Source: Pseudomonadota bacterium | GTDB lineage: Bacteria > Pseudomonadota > Gammaproteobacteria > Magnimaribacterales > D2472 | Length of the DNA: 64,000 nucleotides | Direction of reading: 5' to 3' | Assembly: GCA_028344535.1 (NCBI GenBank) | Contig: JAOMBK010000005.1 | Span: 869-64,868 of the forward strand | Shown: positions 43,701-53,125 of the stretch, in pieces | How positions within the stretch are numbered: the first letter of the stretch is position 1 | Layout of the letters: every line of letters starts with the position of its first letter | Notes under the pieces: generated by a model | The model's input: only the letters and a program-made list of their open reading frames with translations | What the model was told of the DNA's origin: nothing | The model's database searches: none | Position numbers and translations under genes: made by a program

Positions 43701-43783
43701 GAAATTATTCCCAGGATTTAAATAAAAACCCAATTGTTGTGTTATTCACAATTATTTTTGGGTGATTTTTGAGGTATAAAAAT

Positions 43784-44842
43784 ATGAAAAGACAATTAAT
43801 AGAAAGGTTAGATGCAGGCCCAGTCATTTGTGCTGAGGGTTTTTTATTTGAGGTAGAAAAAAGAGGCTATTTAGCTTCTGGCGAGTTTGTCCCAATGGTT
43901 GCATTAGAGCATCCAGAGGCTTTAGAAAATCTACATAAAGACTTTCAACATGCAGGATCTGACATTGTTCAGGCTTTTACCTATAACGGACATAGAGAGA
44001 AGATGAGAGTGATCAATAAAGAAGAGCTCTTAGAGCCTCTAAATAGAGCTGCGCTCAAGATAGCAAAAAAAGTTGCGGACAACCCCATTGGTGGAGGAGA
44101 GCCTAACTTAATGTCAGGCAATATTTCAAATTCAAATATTTGGGAGCAGGATGATAAGGGCTCTCAACTTGAAGTGGAAAGGATGTTCAATGAAATGGTT
44201 GAATGGGCTGTAGATGAGGGAGCTGATTTAATTATGGGCGAAACTTTTTATTATGCTGAAGAAGCCTATAAAGCGCTTGAAATTATCCAAAAGTCAGGAT
44301 TGCCTGCAGTTATTAATATTGCTCCAATGGGAGAAAATATTATGCGAGATGGCGTCTCAATAGTTGATACTTGTAAAGAGCTAGAGCAAAGAGGTGCTGA
44401 CGTTGTCGGAATGAACTGTTTTAGAGGTCCAGCAACCATGTTGCCTTATTTAAAAGAAATAAGAGAAGCGATCAGTTGCCATATGGCAGCTTTACCACTT
44501 CCATTCAGGACAACCGAAGAACATCCCACCTTCTTCAACTTGCCTGATAACAATGGCTGCACATGCCATGCACCGCATGGAAGAACATTTCCAACAGCCC
44601 TTGATCCACTTTATTGTAATAGGTATGAGATGCGCGCTTTTTTTGAAGAGGTGAATAAAATTGGAATTAAATTACTTGGTGTTTGTTGTGGAGCAACACC
44701 CATGCATCAAAGAGAGGTGGCTGAAGCGGTAGGGCTAACTGTTCCTGCAAGTAAATACAGAGAAAAAATGGAAAACCATTTTATGTACGGAACCAATGAA
44801 AGAACTGCAAAACACATGCAAGATTATGGAGATAATGCCTAG
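43784..44842 (+). CDS. betaine--homocysteine S-methyltransferase-like (homocysteine S-methyltransferase domain)
   Basis: About 352 aa with VICAEGFLFE, ETFYY and LGVCCGATPMH (Zn site). ATG 43784 lies 9 nt after GAGG; the track TTG 43769 is less likely. Confidence 0.8.
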   Translation: MKRQLIERLDAGPVICAEGFLFEVEKRGYLASGEFVPMVALEHPEALENLHKDFQHAGSDIVQAFTYNGHREKMRVINKEELLEPLNRAALKIAKKVADNPIGGGEPNLMSGNISNSNIWEQDDKGSQLEVERMFNEMVEWAVDEGADLIMGETFYYAEEAYKALEIIQKSGLPAVINIAPMGENIMRDGVSIVDTCKELEQRGADVVGMNCFRGPATMLPYLKEIREAISCHMAALPLPFRTTEEHPTFFNLPDNNGCTCHAPHGRTFPTALDPLYCNRYEMRAFFEEVNKIGIKLLGVCCGATPMHQREVAEAVGLTVPASKYREKMENHFMYGTNERTAKHMQDYGDNA

Positions 44843-44910
44843 TAGCAGATCTGAAAAAATGTGCTAAAAGATTAAAATCATATTAACCTATATCTTTTGT
44901 AGGTAATATT

Positions 44911-45756
44911 TTGACTAATCTGACGGTAAATGAAGTTTACGCAATAGGTGCGCCAATTGTGCTGGCAATGATTTTTCTCGAACTTCTAATTTCTAGCTGG
45001 CAAAATAAGAAATACTATAAAACAGAAGATACTCTTTGTACTGCTGGTTTGCTTGCAGGGAATATCATTGTAGCCTTTTCCATTAAAGGCTTAATTTTGG
45101 CGTTTCACTTCTATTTATATCAATTTAAGATTATTGAGCTTGCTAGTATTTTACCATTATGGGCAATGTGGGTTCTAACCTTCGTCATGATTGACTTTGT
45201 TTTTTATATTTATCATCGAATGTCACATAGGGTCAGATTCCTCTGGGCCATTCATCTTAGCCATCATTCAAGCGAAGAAATGAATTTTGCAGTTTCCTTT
45301 AGGCAAGCATGGTTTGGACCCATCTCTAAAATACCATTTTTTATGGCGCTCCCCCTGCTTGGGTTTGATCCAACAATTATTGCAGTAGCGGGAGTGATTA
45401 GTACTTTGTGGGGAATAGTTGGTCATACGCAAATTGTTGGGAGGCTAGGCTTTGTCGAGTGGATTTTTAACACTCCATCACACCATAGAGTGCATCATGG
45501 CTCTAATGAGCAATACATAGATAAAAATTATGGGAACCTATTAATAATTTGGGACAGAATGTTTGGAACCTTTGAGCAAGAAGAAGAGGCTGTGAAGTTT
45601 GGCTTGGTCAACAATGTTAATACCTTCAATCCAACAAAGATAACTTTTATGGCTTGGTCATCCATGATTGACGACATTAAGAATAAAAATAATTTTAGGG
45701 AGATGTTAAGCGTATTCATTGGGCCGCCGAGTACTCATGTAAAAAACAAAGTCTAA
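44911..45756 (+). CDS. fatty acid hydroxylase / sterol desaturase family membrane protein
   Basis: 281 aa with three His boxes: YHRMSH, HLSHHS and HHRVHH. Confidence 0.8.
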   Translation: MTNLTVNEVYAIGAPIVLAMIFLELLISSWQNKKYYKTEDTLCTAGLLAGNIIVAFSIKGLILAFHFYLYQFKIIELASILPLWAMWVLTFVMIDFVFYIYHRMSHRVRFLWAIHLSHHSSEEMNFAVSFRQAWFGPISKIPFFMALPLLGFDPTIIAVAGVISTLWGIVGHTQIVGRLGFVEWIFNTPSHHRVHHGSNEQYIDKNYGNLLIIWDRMFGTFEQEEEAVKFGLVNNVNTFNPTKITFMAWSSMIDDIKNKNNFREMLSVFIGPPSTHVKNKV

Positions 45757-45815
45757 GCTATCTGATCATAAAAAATTTTTGACTTCTCCTATTAGAGGTT
45801 TATATTTTTATAGTT

Positions 45816-46295
45816 ATGAATAATTTTAATAAATTAAAATCTACCCTTTTGGCTGTCCTATTTTTTTTAAGCATGACAGTTTTTTCTTATGATCCAGAAG
45901 CACAAAAGTGCACAGATCTAGTTGACCCTTCAGCTAGACTCAGTTGCTACGATGCTCTCTTCCAAGAAAACAAATCAATTAAAGAACCAATAAGGATTTC
46001 TGAAAAAACAGAAGTTATAAAAATAGATGAACAAAAGACAAAAGATTATGGTTTAGAAAAACCAAAAGAAGATTTTTCTATCACAGCAAAAATAGTTAAT
46101 GTAAATAAGCGCGGAAATTATAAAATATATATCACTCTAGATAATGATCAGACCTGGAGAAGTGTAAAGGATATTTATGATCGAACCCCAGTAAACAAAG
46201 GGCAAACAGTTTCTATTTCTGAAGGTTTTATGAGTGGGTATGTTATGAAGGTACAAGGAAAGAAAACCAGCTTAAGAGTTAGGAGAATTAAATAA
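45816..46295 (+). CDS. hypothetical secreted protein
   Basis: 159 aa with a signal peptide and an N-terminal C..L.D...RLSCYD motif. No family assigned. Confidence 0.45.
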   Translation: MNNFNKLKSTLLAVLFFLSMTVFSYDPEAQKCTDLVDPSARLSCYDALFQENKSIKEPIRISEKTEVIKIDEQKTKDYGLEKPKEDFSITAKIVNVNKRGNYKIYITLDNDQTWRSVKDIYDRTPVNKGQTVSISEGFMSGYVMKVQGKKTSLRVRRIK

Positions 46296-46296
46296 A

Positions 46297-46743
46297 ATGG
46301 AAACAAAAATCCCACCTCCATTAGTTACCTTGGTATTTGGCATGTCTATCTATTTTTCTAGAGAGATGTTTCCAGCAATTGAGATTCAGTACTCTTTATA
46401 TCTTGGAATCTTTTTGCTTTTATCAGGTTTTTTTATTTTAGTATCCGCTGTTCGATTGTTTAGAAAAGACGAGACAACCGTAAACCCTTTAAGCCCCGAG
46501 CAAGCAACAAAGCTAGTGACGGATGGAATCTTTAAGTATTCTCGCAATCCAATGTATCTAGGTATGGCGACTGTATTGAGCTCGATAGCTGTATTTTTTA
46601 ATCTTTTAGGCGGCATAATTTTAATTGCTTTATTTTGTGCATATATAACAAAGTTTCAAATTATTCCTGAAGAAAGAGCGATGAGAGATCTATTTTCTCA
46701 TGACTTTGAGCAATACATAAAATCAACCAGAAGATGGATTTAA
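46297..46743 (+). CDS. isoprenylcysteine carboxyl methyltransferase (ICMT/PEMT-like) family membrane protein
   Basis: 148 aa with GIFKYSRNPMYLG and EERAMRDLF. Confidence 0.7.
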   Translation: METKIPPPLVTLVFGMSIYFSREMFPAIEIQYSLYLGIFLLLSGFFILVSAVRLFRKDETTVNPLSPEQATKLVTDGIFKYSRNPMYLGMATVLSSIAVFFNLLGGIILIALFCAYITKFQIIPEERAMRDLFSHDFEQYIKSTRRWI

Positions 46744-46760
46744 TCAAGCAATAGGCACTA

Positions 46761-46979
46761 GTGAAGCTATCAAATTTCTTTCTTTTGTGGATTTTTGGAT
46801 TTTTTTTACTACTATCCTTTGATTTGTTTGTTGAGGCATTTGTCTTTGAGTGGCTGGATTGGAACGGAACAAATAAAAATGATTGGTTTTTTGCTTTATG
46901 GTGGGGTTTTGTTGTTGTTTGGGCTTTATATGGTTTTTTAAAGTTTTACTTTATTAGGACCGAGAGCGATCTAGATTGA
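46761..46979 (+). CDS. hypothetical small membrane protein
   Basis: 72 aa, 2 TM segments, W-rich, GTG start. Its stop overlaps the next gene. Confidence 0.35.
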   Translation: MKLSNFFLLWIFGFFLLLSFDLFVEAFVFEWLDWNGTNKNDWFFALWWGFVVVWALYGFLKFYFIRTESDLD

Positions 46980-47434
46980 TAAAACTATTAACCTGCTTAT
47001 TAATGTTCTCTGCTTTTATAATATCCGAGAATGTTTTGAGTTTAACCAAGGAGTTCAATTTGGATAATCAAATATATAAAGTTCTTACTCTTGATGAGTG
47101 GGAGCAAGCTCAGGCTTCTGGCGTAATAATTACAGAACTAGATAAAGAAGATGGCTTTATTCATCTTTCTACAGCGGCTCAACTTAATGCAACCCTGTCT
47201 TTATATTTTTCTAAAGAAGACTCAGTTGTGCTGCTTCAAATAAATCATGGGATGACGCATGAGAAACTAAAGTTTGAGGCTCCTATTCCACCCGGGAATA
47301 GAACGAGTTCATTTCCTCATTATTATGGCGATTTAAAAACTAGTGCTGTTTCTATGATGTGGGATTTAAAACGGGGCGCTTTAGAAATACCGATTGAGGT
47401 GATGCTTCAAGCCGAACAAGACTCTAATTCTTGA
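46976..47434 (+). CDS. DUF952-like protein with N-terminal signal/anchor
   Basis: 152 aa. The pattern ..W.QA...G......KEDGFIHLSTAAQL resembles DUF952. Confidence 0.5.
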   Translation: MIKLLTCLLMFSAFIISENVLSLTKEFNLDNQIYKVLTLDEWEQAQASGVIITELDKEDGFIHLSTAAQLNATLSLYFSKEDSVVLLQINHGMTHEKLKFEAPIPPGNRTSSFPHYYGDLKTSAVSMMWDLKRGALEIPIEVMLQAEQDSNS

Positions 47435-47474
47435 AGCTTTAGGGTAGAATTAAATTTTTTATTGGAGAGACAAC

Positions 47475-47954
47475 ATGAAACTATTTTTTGCATTGGTATT
47501 GTCAATATTTATTATGCCACTATCAGAAGCCGCTCATCATGAGCACAAATCTGCTGAGGGAACTAACCCATTTATTCTTATTGCGAGGATTCATGTTAAA
47601 GAAGGAATGGTCGAGGAGTATCTTGAAATTGCCAACGAAGTTGATAATGCAGTTGAGCTAAGTGAGCCAGGTATGCTGTTCCATAATTTTGATGCTGATC
47701 CGGATGATTCCCTTGCCTTCACATGGACAGAAGTTTATTCAAATAGTGAAGCATTTATAAAGCATGATGCAAATCCACCAGTTCAAGAATATGTTGCAAA
47801 ACATGCTGAGTTAGCAGATGGCTTTACTATTGAGATTTATGGCAATGTTTCACAAAATGTTATTGAAACCATTGGTCGCCTTGGAGTTCCATTGAAACAT
47901 TTCAAAACAACCAGGGTTGGTTATGTTAGAGATAAAAATTTTAAAGAGCATTAA
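47475..47954 (+). CDS. secreted ABM (antibiotic biosynthesis monooxygenase)-like domain protein
   Basis: 159 aa with a signal peptide. The ferredoxin-like segment FILIARIHVKEG...EPGMLFHNF...TEVYSNSEAFIKH suggests the fold. Weak call. Confidence 0.4.
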   Translation: MKLFFALVLSIFIMPLSEAAHHEHKSAEGTNPFILIARIHVKEGMVEEYLEIANEVDNAVELSEPGMLFHNFDADPDDSLAFTWTEVYSNSEAFIKHDANPPVQEYVAKHAELADGFTIEIYGNVSQNVIETIGRLGVPLKHFKTTRVGYVRDKNFKEH

Positions 47955-47969
47955 TTCCAGATAAAAAAG

Positions 47970-48371
47970 ATGAAAAAGCTAAAAGAGGAGATTCAGTTTA
48001 ATTGCTCAGCAGACGAGTTATGGTCCATCCTGTCTGATGTTGGAAGATGTGACTGGGTGCCTACAATTGAGAAAATAACATTAGAGGGCGACTGCAGGCA
48101 TTTTGAAATGTCTGGTATGGGGCAGATTACCGAAAAAATTTTAAAAAAAGACCATGCAAGCATGACACTTCAGTATTCTGCCATACAGACACCTGCTCCG
48201 ATTGAACATCATTTAGCGACCATGCAAGTAGCACCCCTTAATGATCGAGAGTGCAAGCTAAGTTGGACAACTGAAATTTCTCCAGATATTTTTGCTGATG
48301 GCATTCAACAAGGAATGATAGTATCCATAGAAGGCCTTAAAAAAATATGCAAGGACGAAATTAATGGATAA
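47970..48371 (+). CDS. SRPBCC (START/polyketide-cyclase-like) family protein
   Basis: 133 aa with an N-terminal ...ELWSILSD.GR.DW.P pattern. Weak call. Confidence 0.45.
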   Translation: MKKLKEEIQFNCSADELWSILSDVGRCDWVPTIEKITLEGDCRHFEMSGMGQITEKILKKDHASMTLQYSAIQTPAPIEHHLATMQVAPLNDRECKLSWTTEISPDIFADGIQQGMIVSIEGLKKICKDEING

Positions 48372-48729
48372 TATTTGGAAGTTATTATATGGAATTGTCA
48401 ACCTTGCTACTTCTTTTATAATTATTTTAATTATTTTAGGATCAATTTTTACTGAAAACATTAGATCAAATGTTGTCTCCTTTTTTGACATGTCAACCTC
48501 AATGGGAATCGTAGGTTTTTATGTTTTAATAATTTTTATATACATGTTATTTGTTAGCGTTTCATCCATTTCGTTAGCAATTATTAACTCAAAGGGCCTT
48601 AACAAGAAATTCATTTCAACATTTTTTAATGTTCAAAGTGAGAAATCAAAATTTTTAAAATGGGCTGATAGAGTAATTTATATTTATTTGCCATTGAGCA
48701 TCGTTATATACTTTTATTTCTTTCTTTGA
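48364..48729 (+). CDS. hypothetical membrane protein
   Basis: 121 aa, 3 TM segments. Overlaps both neighbours. Confidence 0.4.
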   Translation: MDNIWKLLYGIVNLATSFIIILIILGSIFTENIRSNVVSFFDMSTSMGIVGFYVLIIFIYMLFVSVSSISLAIINSKGLNKKFISTFFNVQSEKSKFLKWADRVIYIYLPLSIVIYFYFFL

Positions 48730-49367
48730 TGCACTGTATTATTTGTAGAAATTGTTGCGTAAAAAGTTTCTCTACCAATGACAATAAAACTTACTGGAAA
48801 TGTACTTTTTGTAATGGCAAGTTTCTAGATAAATTACATTACATAAGCAATGTCTCAGAAAAGAATAGATATCTTGAACACAACAATGATATTAATGACG
48901 AAGGCTATAAATCTTTTTTAAGAAAGTTAATAGGTCCATTATTAAAAAAAATTTCAACTGGAGCAGAAGGGTTAGATTTTGGCTGTGGTCATGGACCAGC
49001 ATTAGCAGGCATGTTGGAAAAAGAAGGATTCTCTATCTCTTTGTATGACCCATTCTTTTTTCCAGACACCGCTGTTTTATCAAAACAATATGATTTTATA
49101 ACTTGCACAGAAACAGCAGAACACTTCCAGAATCCATTCAAAGAGTTTGACACTCTAAATAGGCTTATTAAACCAGGGGGCTGGCTTGGAATAATGACTT
49201 CTTTTTTAACCTCCGATGAGATGTTTGAGAATTGGTATTATCGAAGAGATCCAACCCATGTGACTTTTTATTGTGAAAAAACCTTTCAGGTGATAGCCTC
49301 TCAAAGGAACTGGAAATGCGAAATCAAATCAAAGGATGTAGTACTTCTGCAAAAAAATTATGATTAA
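48729..49367 (+). CDS. SAM-dependent methyltransferase with N-terminal Zn-ribbon
   Basis: Has CIICRNCC....WKCTFCNG (4-Cys ribbon) and LDFGCGHGP (motif I). The ATG overlaps the upstream TGA. Confidence 0.7.
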   Translation: MHCIICRNCCVKSFSTNDNKTYWKCTFCNGKFLDKLHYISNVSEKNRYLEHNNDINDEGYKSFLRKLIGPLLKKISTGAEGLDFGCGHGPALAGMLEKEGFSISLYDPFFFPDTAVLSKQYDFITCTETAEHFQNPFKEFDTLNRLIKPGGWLGIMTSFLTSDEMFENWYYRRDPTHVTFYCEKTFQVIASQRNWKCEIKSKDVVLLQKNYD

Positions 49368-50673
49368 AGCACCCACTTCATTCATTCAACGCTTAAAATT
49401 CATTGGGCCAAGCATCATTGTAACTGGCAGCGTTGTTGGAAGTGGCTCAATAGCTCTCTCGCCTTTGTTGGGAGCAGCAACTGGCTTTGCTTTATTGTGG
49501 TGGCTTTTATTGAGTCTTTGGAGCAAACCACTTATACAGGCTGAAATTAGCCGTTATGTCATAGCAACAAATCAGACTTTCTTAGAATCTTTCTCAGATA
49601 TGCCTGGGCCAAAAACAAACCTTAAAGGCAAGCAAGCTTCATGGTTGGTTTGGTTTATGTTCATTGGTGTGATTCCATCTATTGCAGGTATGGGCGGCCT
49701 TGCAGGAGCTGTTGCAGAAGCAGGACATCTTATGATTCCAATGCTTAGTACCGAATTGTGGGTAGTAACAGCATGTTTAATTACTTGGTTTATCCTATAT
49801 CTTGGAACCTATCAAACACTGGAAAAAATTCTGCTGGGAATGGTGTTCTTTTTTTCAGTGGTTACTTTAATTATTACTATTTCAATGCAATCAACGCCCT
49901 ATGCAATCTCAGGTTCGCAAATCTTAGGAGGCCTTACATTTTCATTTCCCTTTGAGCATGCAGCTTTAGCTCTTGCAGTGTTTGGTTTTACTGGCATTAG
50001 TTATGGAGAGATTATGGCATACACCTATTGGTGTTTAGAAAAAGGCTATGCGAAACATAATGGCGATCAACAGGAAGTCAAAGCTTGGATTAAAGTAATG
50101 CAAACAGACGTCTGGGCAACAGTCTTTTTTGTAACCATAGGCACTCTTCCATTTTTTTTCTTAGGCGCAGCCGTGTTAAATGCTTTGGGTCTTTATCCTC
50201 CCCCTGACGGCGATATCATTCAAACCCTTCTAAATATGTTCACTACAATTTTAGGAACTTGGGCTAAATGGTTTTTTATTCCCTTGGCTTTTTTTGTTCT
50301 TTTTTCAACTTTGCTTTCTGGAACAGCAGCATTCACTAGAACAATTTCAGATTATCTAATTTCAATTGGCTTGATTACTGAAAAAGAAAATACCCGAACG
50401 CATTTAATTAAAGTTATTGCATTTGTCATACCGTTGTTTTCATCCATTGCTTATTTTTTACTGCCAAATCCAATTACCCTTTTGTTAATTGCTGGAATCT
50501 GGGCAGCACTTGGGCTGCCAATAATTAACATTGGCGCTTTATATTTAACAAGCAAATTAAGTGAGGAATTGCGGCCTAAACCAATTACCAAAATTATCTT
50601 ATGGATCACCCTAATCTTGCAGGTTTCAATGGCAGGGTTAATTTTATACAGCCAAATAATTGGCTTTAGCTAA
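49360..50673 (+). CDS. NRAMP-related polytopic membrane transporter
   Basis: 437 aa, about 11 TM segments, with N-terminal FIGPSIIVTGSVVGSGSIA resembling distant Nramp-family members. Substrate unknown. Confidence 0.45.
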   Translation: MIKAPTSFIQRLKFIGPSIIVTGSVVGSGSIALSPLLGAATGFALLWWLLLSLWSKPLIQAEISRYVIATNQTFLESFSDMPGPKTNLKGKQASWLVWFMFIGVIPSIAGMGGLAGAVAEAGHLMIPMLSTELWVVTACLITWFILYLGTYQTLEKILLGMVFFFSVVTLIITISMQSTPYAISGSQILGGLTFSFPFEHAALALAVFGFTGISYGEIMAYTYWCLEKGYAKHNGDQQEVKAWIKVMQTDVWATVFFVTIGTLPFFFLGAAVLNALGLYPPPDGDIIQTLLNMFTTILGTWAKWFFIPLAFFVLFSTLLSGTAAFTRTISDYLISIGLITEKENTRTHLIKVIAFVIPLFSSIAYFLLPNPITLLLIAGIWAALGLPIINIGALYLTSKLSEELRPKPITKIILWITLILQVSMAGLILYSQIIGFS

Positions 50674-50735
50674 CATTTAATTTTTAAAAGCGCTCTTTAT
50701 GGCATAAAATGCACGACTGATTTAAGAGAGAGCAA

Positions 50736-51401
50736 ATGAATAAGCAAAATAACAAAAGATACTTCATTCACCCAGAAGGGTGGAAGTTTGCAGGCATTTT
50801 ATTTATTAGCTCCATGATTCTTTTATTTTTGTCTATGGCAATGGCCATCGTAGCAATTGGCTTTTTCCTTACAGTTTTTGTTCTATGGTTTTTTAGAGAT
50901 CCTGAAAGAAAAACCCCACAAAATTCAAACTTAATTATTAGTTCTGCAGATGGAAAGGTCTGCTTGATTGATGAAGCTTATCCCCCAGCAGAAGTGCCTA
51001 TTGAAGCAGAAAAGATGAAGCGAATTTGTGTTTTTATGAACGTGTTTAATGTCCATGTAAATCGAAGCCCTGTTCAAGGGAGGGTAGAACACATCGTATA
51101 TAAAAAAGGCCAGTTCTTAAATGCAAGCCTAGATAAAGCAAGTGATAAAAATGAAAGAAGCAGCTTAGTTGTAAATGCTGACAACGGAGCCAAAATTGTA
51201 GTTGTTCAAATTGCCGGCTTAATCGCCAGGAGAATTTTAAGTTTTATTTCATCAAACCATCAACTTGATCAGGGTGAACGGTTTGGACTCATCAGATTTG
51301 GTTCAAGAGTTGATATTTATATGCCATTAGATGCTGTTGAGAAATGTAAAGTTGGAGATAAGGTCGTCGCAGGCGAATCAATTTTAGCTGCCCTAAAATA
51401 A
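50736..51401 (+). CDS. psd: phosphatidylserine decarboxylase (short type)
   Basis: 221 aa with an N-terminal TM pair, FFRDPER and IRFGSRVD (self-cleavage G-S site). Confidence 0.8.
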   Translation: MNKQNNKRYFIHPEGWKFAGILFISSMILLFLSMAMAIVAIGFFLTVFVLWFFRDPERKTPQNSNLIISSADGKVCLIDEAYPPAEVPIEAEKMKRICVFMNVFNVHVNRSPVQGRVEHIVYKKGQFLNASLDKASDKNERSSLVVNADNGAKIVVVQIAGLIARRILSFISSNHQLDQGERFGLIRFGSRVDIYMPLDAVEKCKVGDKVVAGESILAALK

Positions 51402-51404
51402 TAA

Positions 51405-52142
51405 ATGAAAAAATTAGATTTTAAAGTCCTTCTCCCTAACGTAATCACTCTAACAGGACTTAGTTTTGGTTTGAGCTCGATTAGATTTGCTATTGAATTA
51501 GACTTTAATTTAGCCATTGTTTGTATTCTATTTGCTGGAGTATGTGATGTGTTGGATGGCATGTTAGCAAGGCATCTTCAAAGCCAATCTGATCTTGGCG
51601 CTCAGCTAGATTCTTTATCGGACTTCTTAAGCTTTGGAATTGCACCAGGCTTATTAATTTATATGTCTATTTTTAATCAAGACCATGGCATTGGTGCATT
51701 TGCTGCCCTGGCTTTCATTATATTTTCTTGCTTAAGATTAGCTTTATATAATGTGAGATTAGAGAAATCGAAGACCACAGAGGGCAAGCCAGAGCATTTT
51801 TTTAGCGGCATCCCAACCCCCGTTGGAGCAATTTTGATTATGTTGCCATTAACGCATTCATTTATGGGCTATAACTGGGCCTATGAAAACCTTAATTTTG
51901 TAGCGGGCTATATAATTTTAATAAGCGGCTTGCTAGTGAGCAGAATTCCAACTTTTTCAATTAAAAGAAAACAGTTTTTTATTCAATCAAAATTAGGATT
52001 TCTTGTTTTGTTTTCTATTATTGCTCTAAGCATGATCAATTTTCTCTGGATTACGATAAATGTTCTAGCTTTGATTTATTTGCTAACTATTCCTCTTTCT
52101 ATAATAGCTTGGCAAAGCAGCCCTAACAGAGACTCCGCTTAG
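51405..52142 (+). CDS. pssA: CDP-diacylglycerol--serine O-phosphatidyltransferase
   Basis: 245 aa with the full CDP-alcohol motif DVLDGMLAR-x8-G-x3-D-x3-D. Adjacent to psd. Confidence 0.85.
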   Translation: MKKLDFKVLLPNVITLTGLSFGLSSIRFAIELDFNLAIVCILFAGVCDVLDGMLARHLQSQSDLGAQLDSLSDFLSFGIAPGLLIYMSIFNQDHGIGAFAALAFIIFSCLRLALYNVRLEKSKTTEGKPEHFFSGIPTPVGAILIMLPLTHSFMGYNWAYENLNFVAGYIILISGLLVSRIPTFSIKRKQFFIQSKLGFLVLFSIIALSMINFLWITINVLALIYLLTIPLSIIAWQSSPNRDSA

Positions 52143-52159
52143 TTTAGCGGAGCTCTTTT
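52133..52159 (+). terminator. rho-independent-type hairpin after pssA
   Basis: CTCCGCT-tagttt-AGCGGAG followed by CTCTTTT. Sits between the convergent genes pssA and 52172-52768. Confidence 0.55.
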
Positions 52160-52171
52160 AATGGCAACTAA

Positions 52172-52768
52172 TTACTTAGTATATTTGTAGTAACCTTCTG
52201 TTGGGATCATGATGTGAGCATAATCTGTATCACGCATCATCACGTAGGGCTCGCCATGCATGAAGTCATCTGTAAAACTTGCAACTTCAGAAGCGTCTTT
52301 AGGAATCAACATCAAGTGTGGGCCTGATTCAATCCATTCACCAGGAGTGGAGTCTTCCTTGCTCATGACCAATGGAGTTGTATTGTCTTCTCCAACATCA
52401 CCATGCAACATCCACATAAAGGTGTAACGAGATAGTTCGGGCTTTTCATTTTTCATGAACGCTGCCATCCATTTTGCACCCTCTGCATCAAAACATGCGG
52501 GCATAGCATCATGCGCACTTTTCCAACCTTTGGCAGGAACCGGTCTTGGATTTCCTGCTTGGCAGGTCCATCCATTTGTACCTTCTCGTATTACTTTTCC
52601 ACTGCTGCCTATGATGGTTGCTTTATCACCCAAGAAGGATGGGGCTGCAGTTGAATAAGCCCATATTTGCCATTTATCAGAGGTATGAGACCCATAAGGC
52701 TCATAAGCCGAAAGAGATATTGAGATAGAAATCATCAATAAAGAAAATAAGCTAAATTTTTTATACAT
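52172..52768 (-). CDS. hypothetical secreted protein
   Basis: 198 aa from MYKKFSLFSLL (AGGAG SD upstream). The only minus-strand gene in a 15-kb plus-strand run. No family recognised. Confidence 0.5.
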   Translation of the reverse strand: MYKKFSLFSLLMISISISLSAYEPYGSHTSDKWQIWAYSTAAPSFLGDKATIIGSSGKVIREGTNGWTCQAGNPRPVPAKGWKSAHDAMPACFDAEGAKWMAAFMKNEKPELSRYTFMWMLHGDVGEDNTTPLVMSKEDSTPGEWIESGPHLMLIPKDASEVASFTDDFMHGEPYVMMRDTDYAHIMIPTEGYYKYTK

Positions 52769-52818
52769 TTTTGTTTCTCCTGTAAACACACTATAGTTAT
52801 TCATAGACTAATTTATTT

Positions 52819-53121
52819 ATGAATACATTTCTTAAAATTATTGCATATTTTTGTATCGCTACAACACCCATCCAAATTTTCGTTGTTTTATGGGGCATAC
52901 AAGTTGTGCTTTCATCTGATTATGAAGTTTTAACATTATCCAACATAGAATTTATTAAAAACTATTTCATATTAGTACTACCAATAGTAGATTGGTTTTA
53001 TTCATGGTTCTGGAGTGCTTGGTTGGATTTTGTTTTTTCATTGCCGCTTATTCTCTCGCAAACATTCAAAGCGATAGTTAGTACTTGGCTTGGTTTTTGG
53101 ATACTCAAAAAAATAAATTAA
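52819..53121 (+). CDS. hypothetical membrane protein
   Basis: 100 aa, 3 TM segments, W-rich. Confidence 0.35.
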   Translation: MNTFLKIIAYFCIATTPIQIFVVLWGIQVVLSSDYEVLTLSNIEFIKNYFILVLPIVDWFYSWFWSAWLDFVFSLPLILSQTFKAIVSTWLGFWILKKIN

Positions 53122-53125
53122 TACC

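Noticed and set aside
44843-44880. Second TGTGCTAAAAG motif after the BHMT-like gene, as a possible second riboswitch
   Set aside because: Only a 5-bp stem (TAGCA/TGCTA) can be drawn, there is no inner hairpin, and the spacer is just 68 nt. Most likely a chance resemblance.
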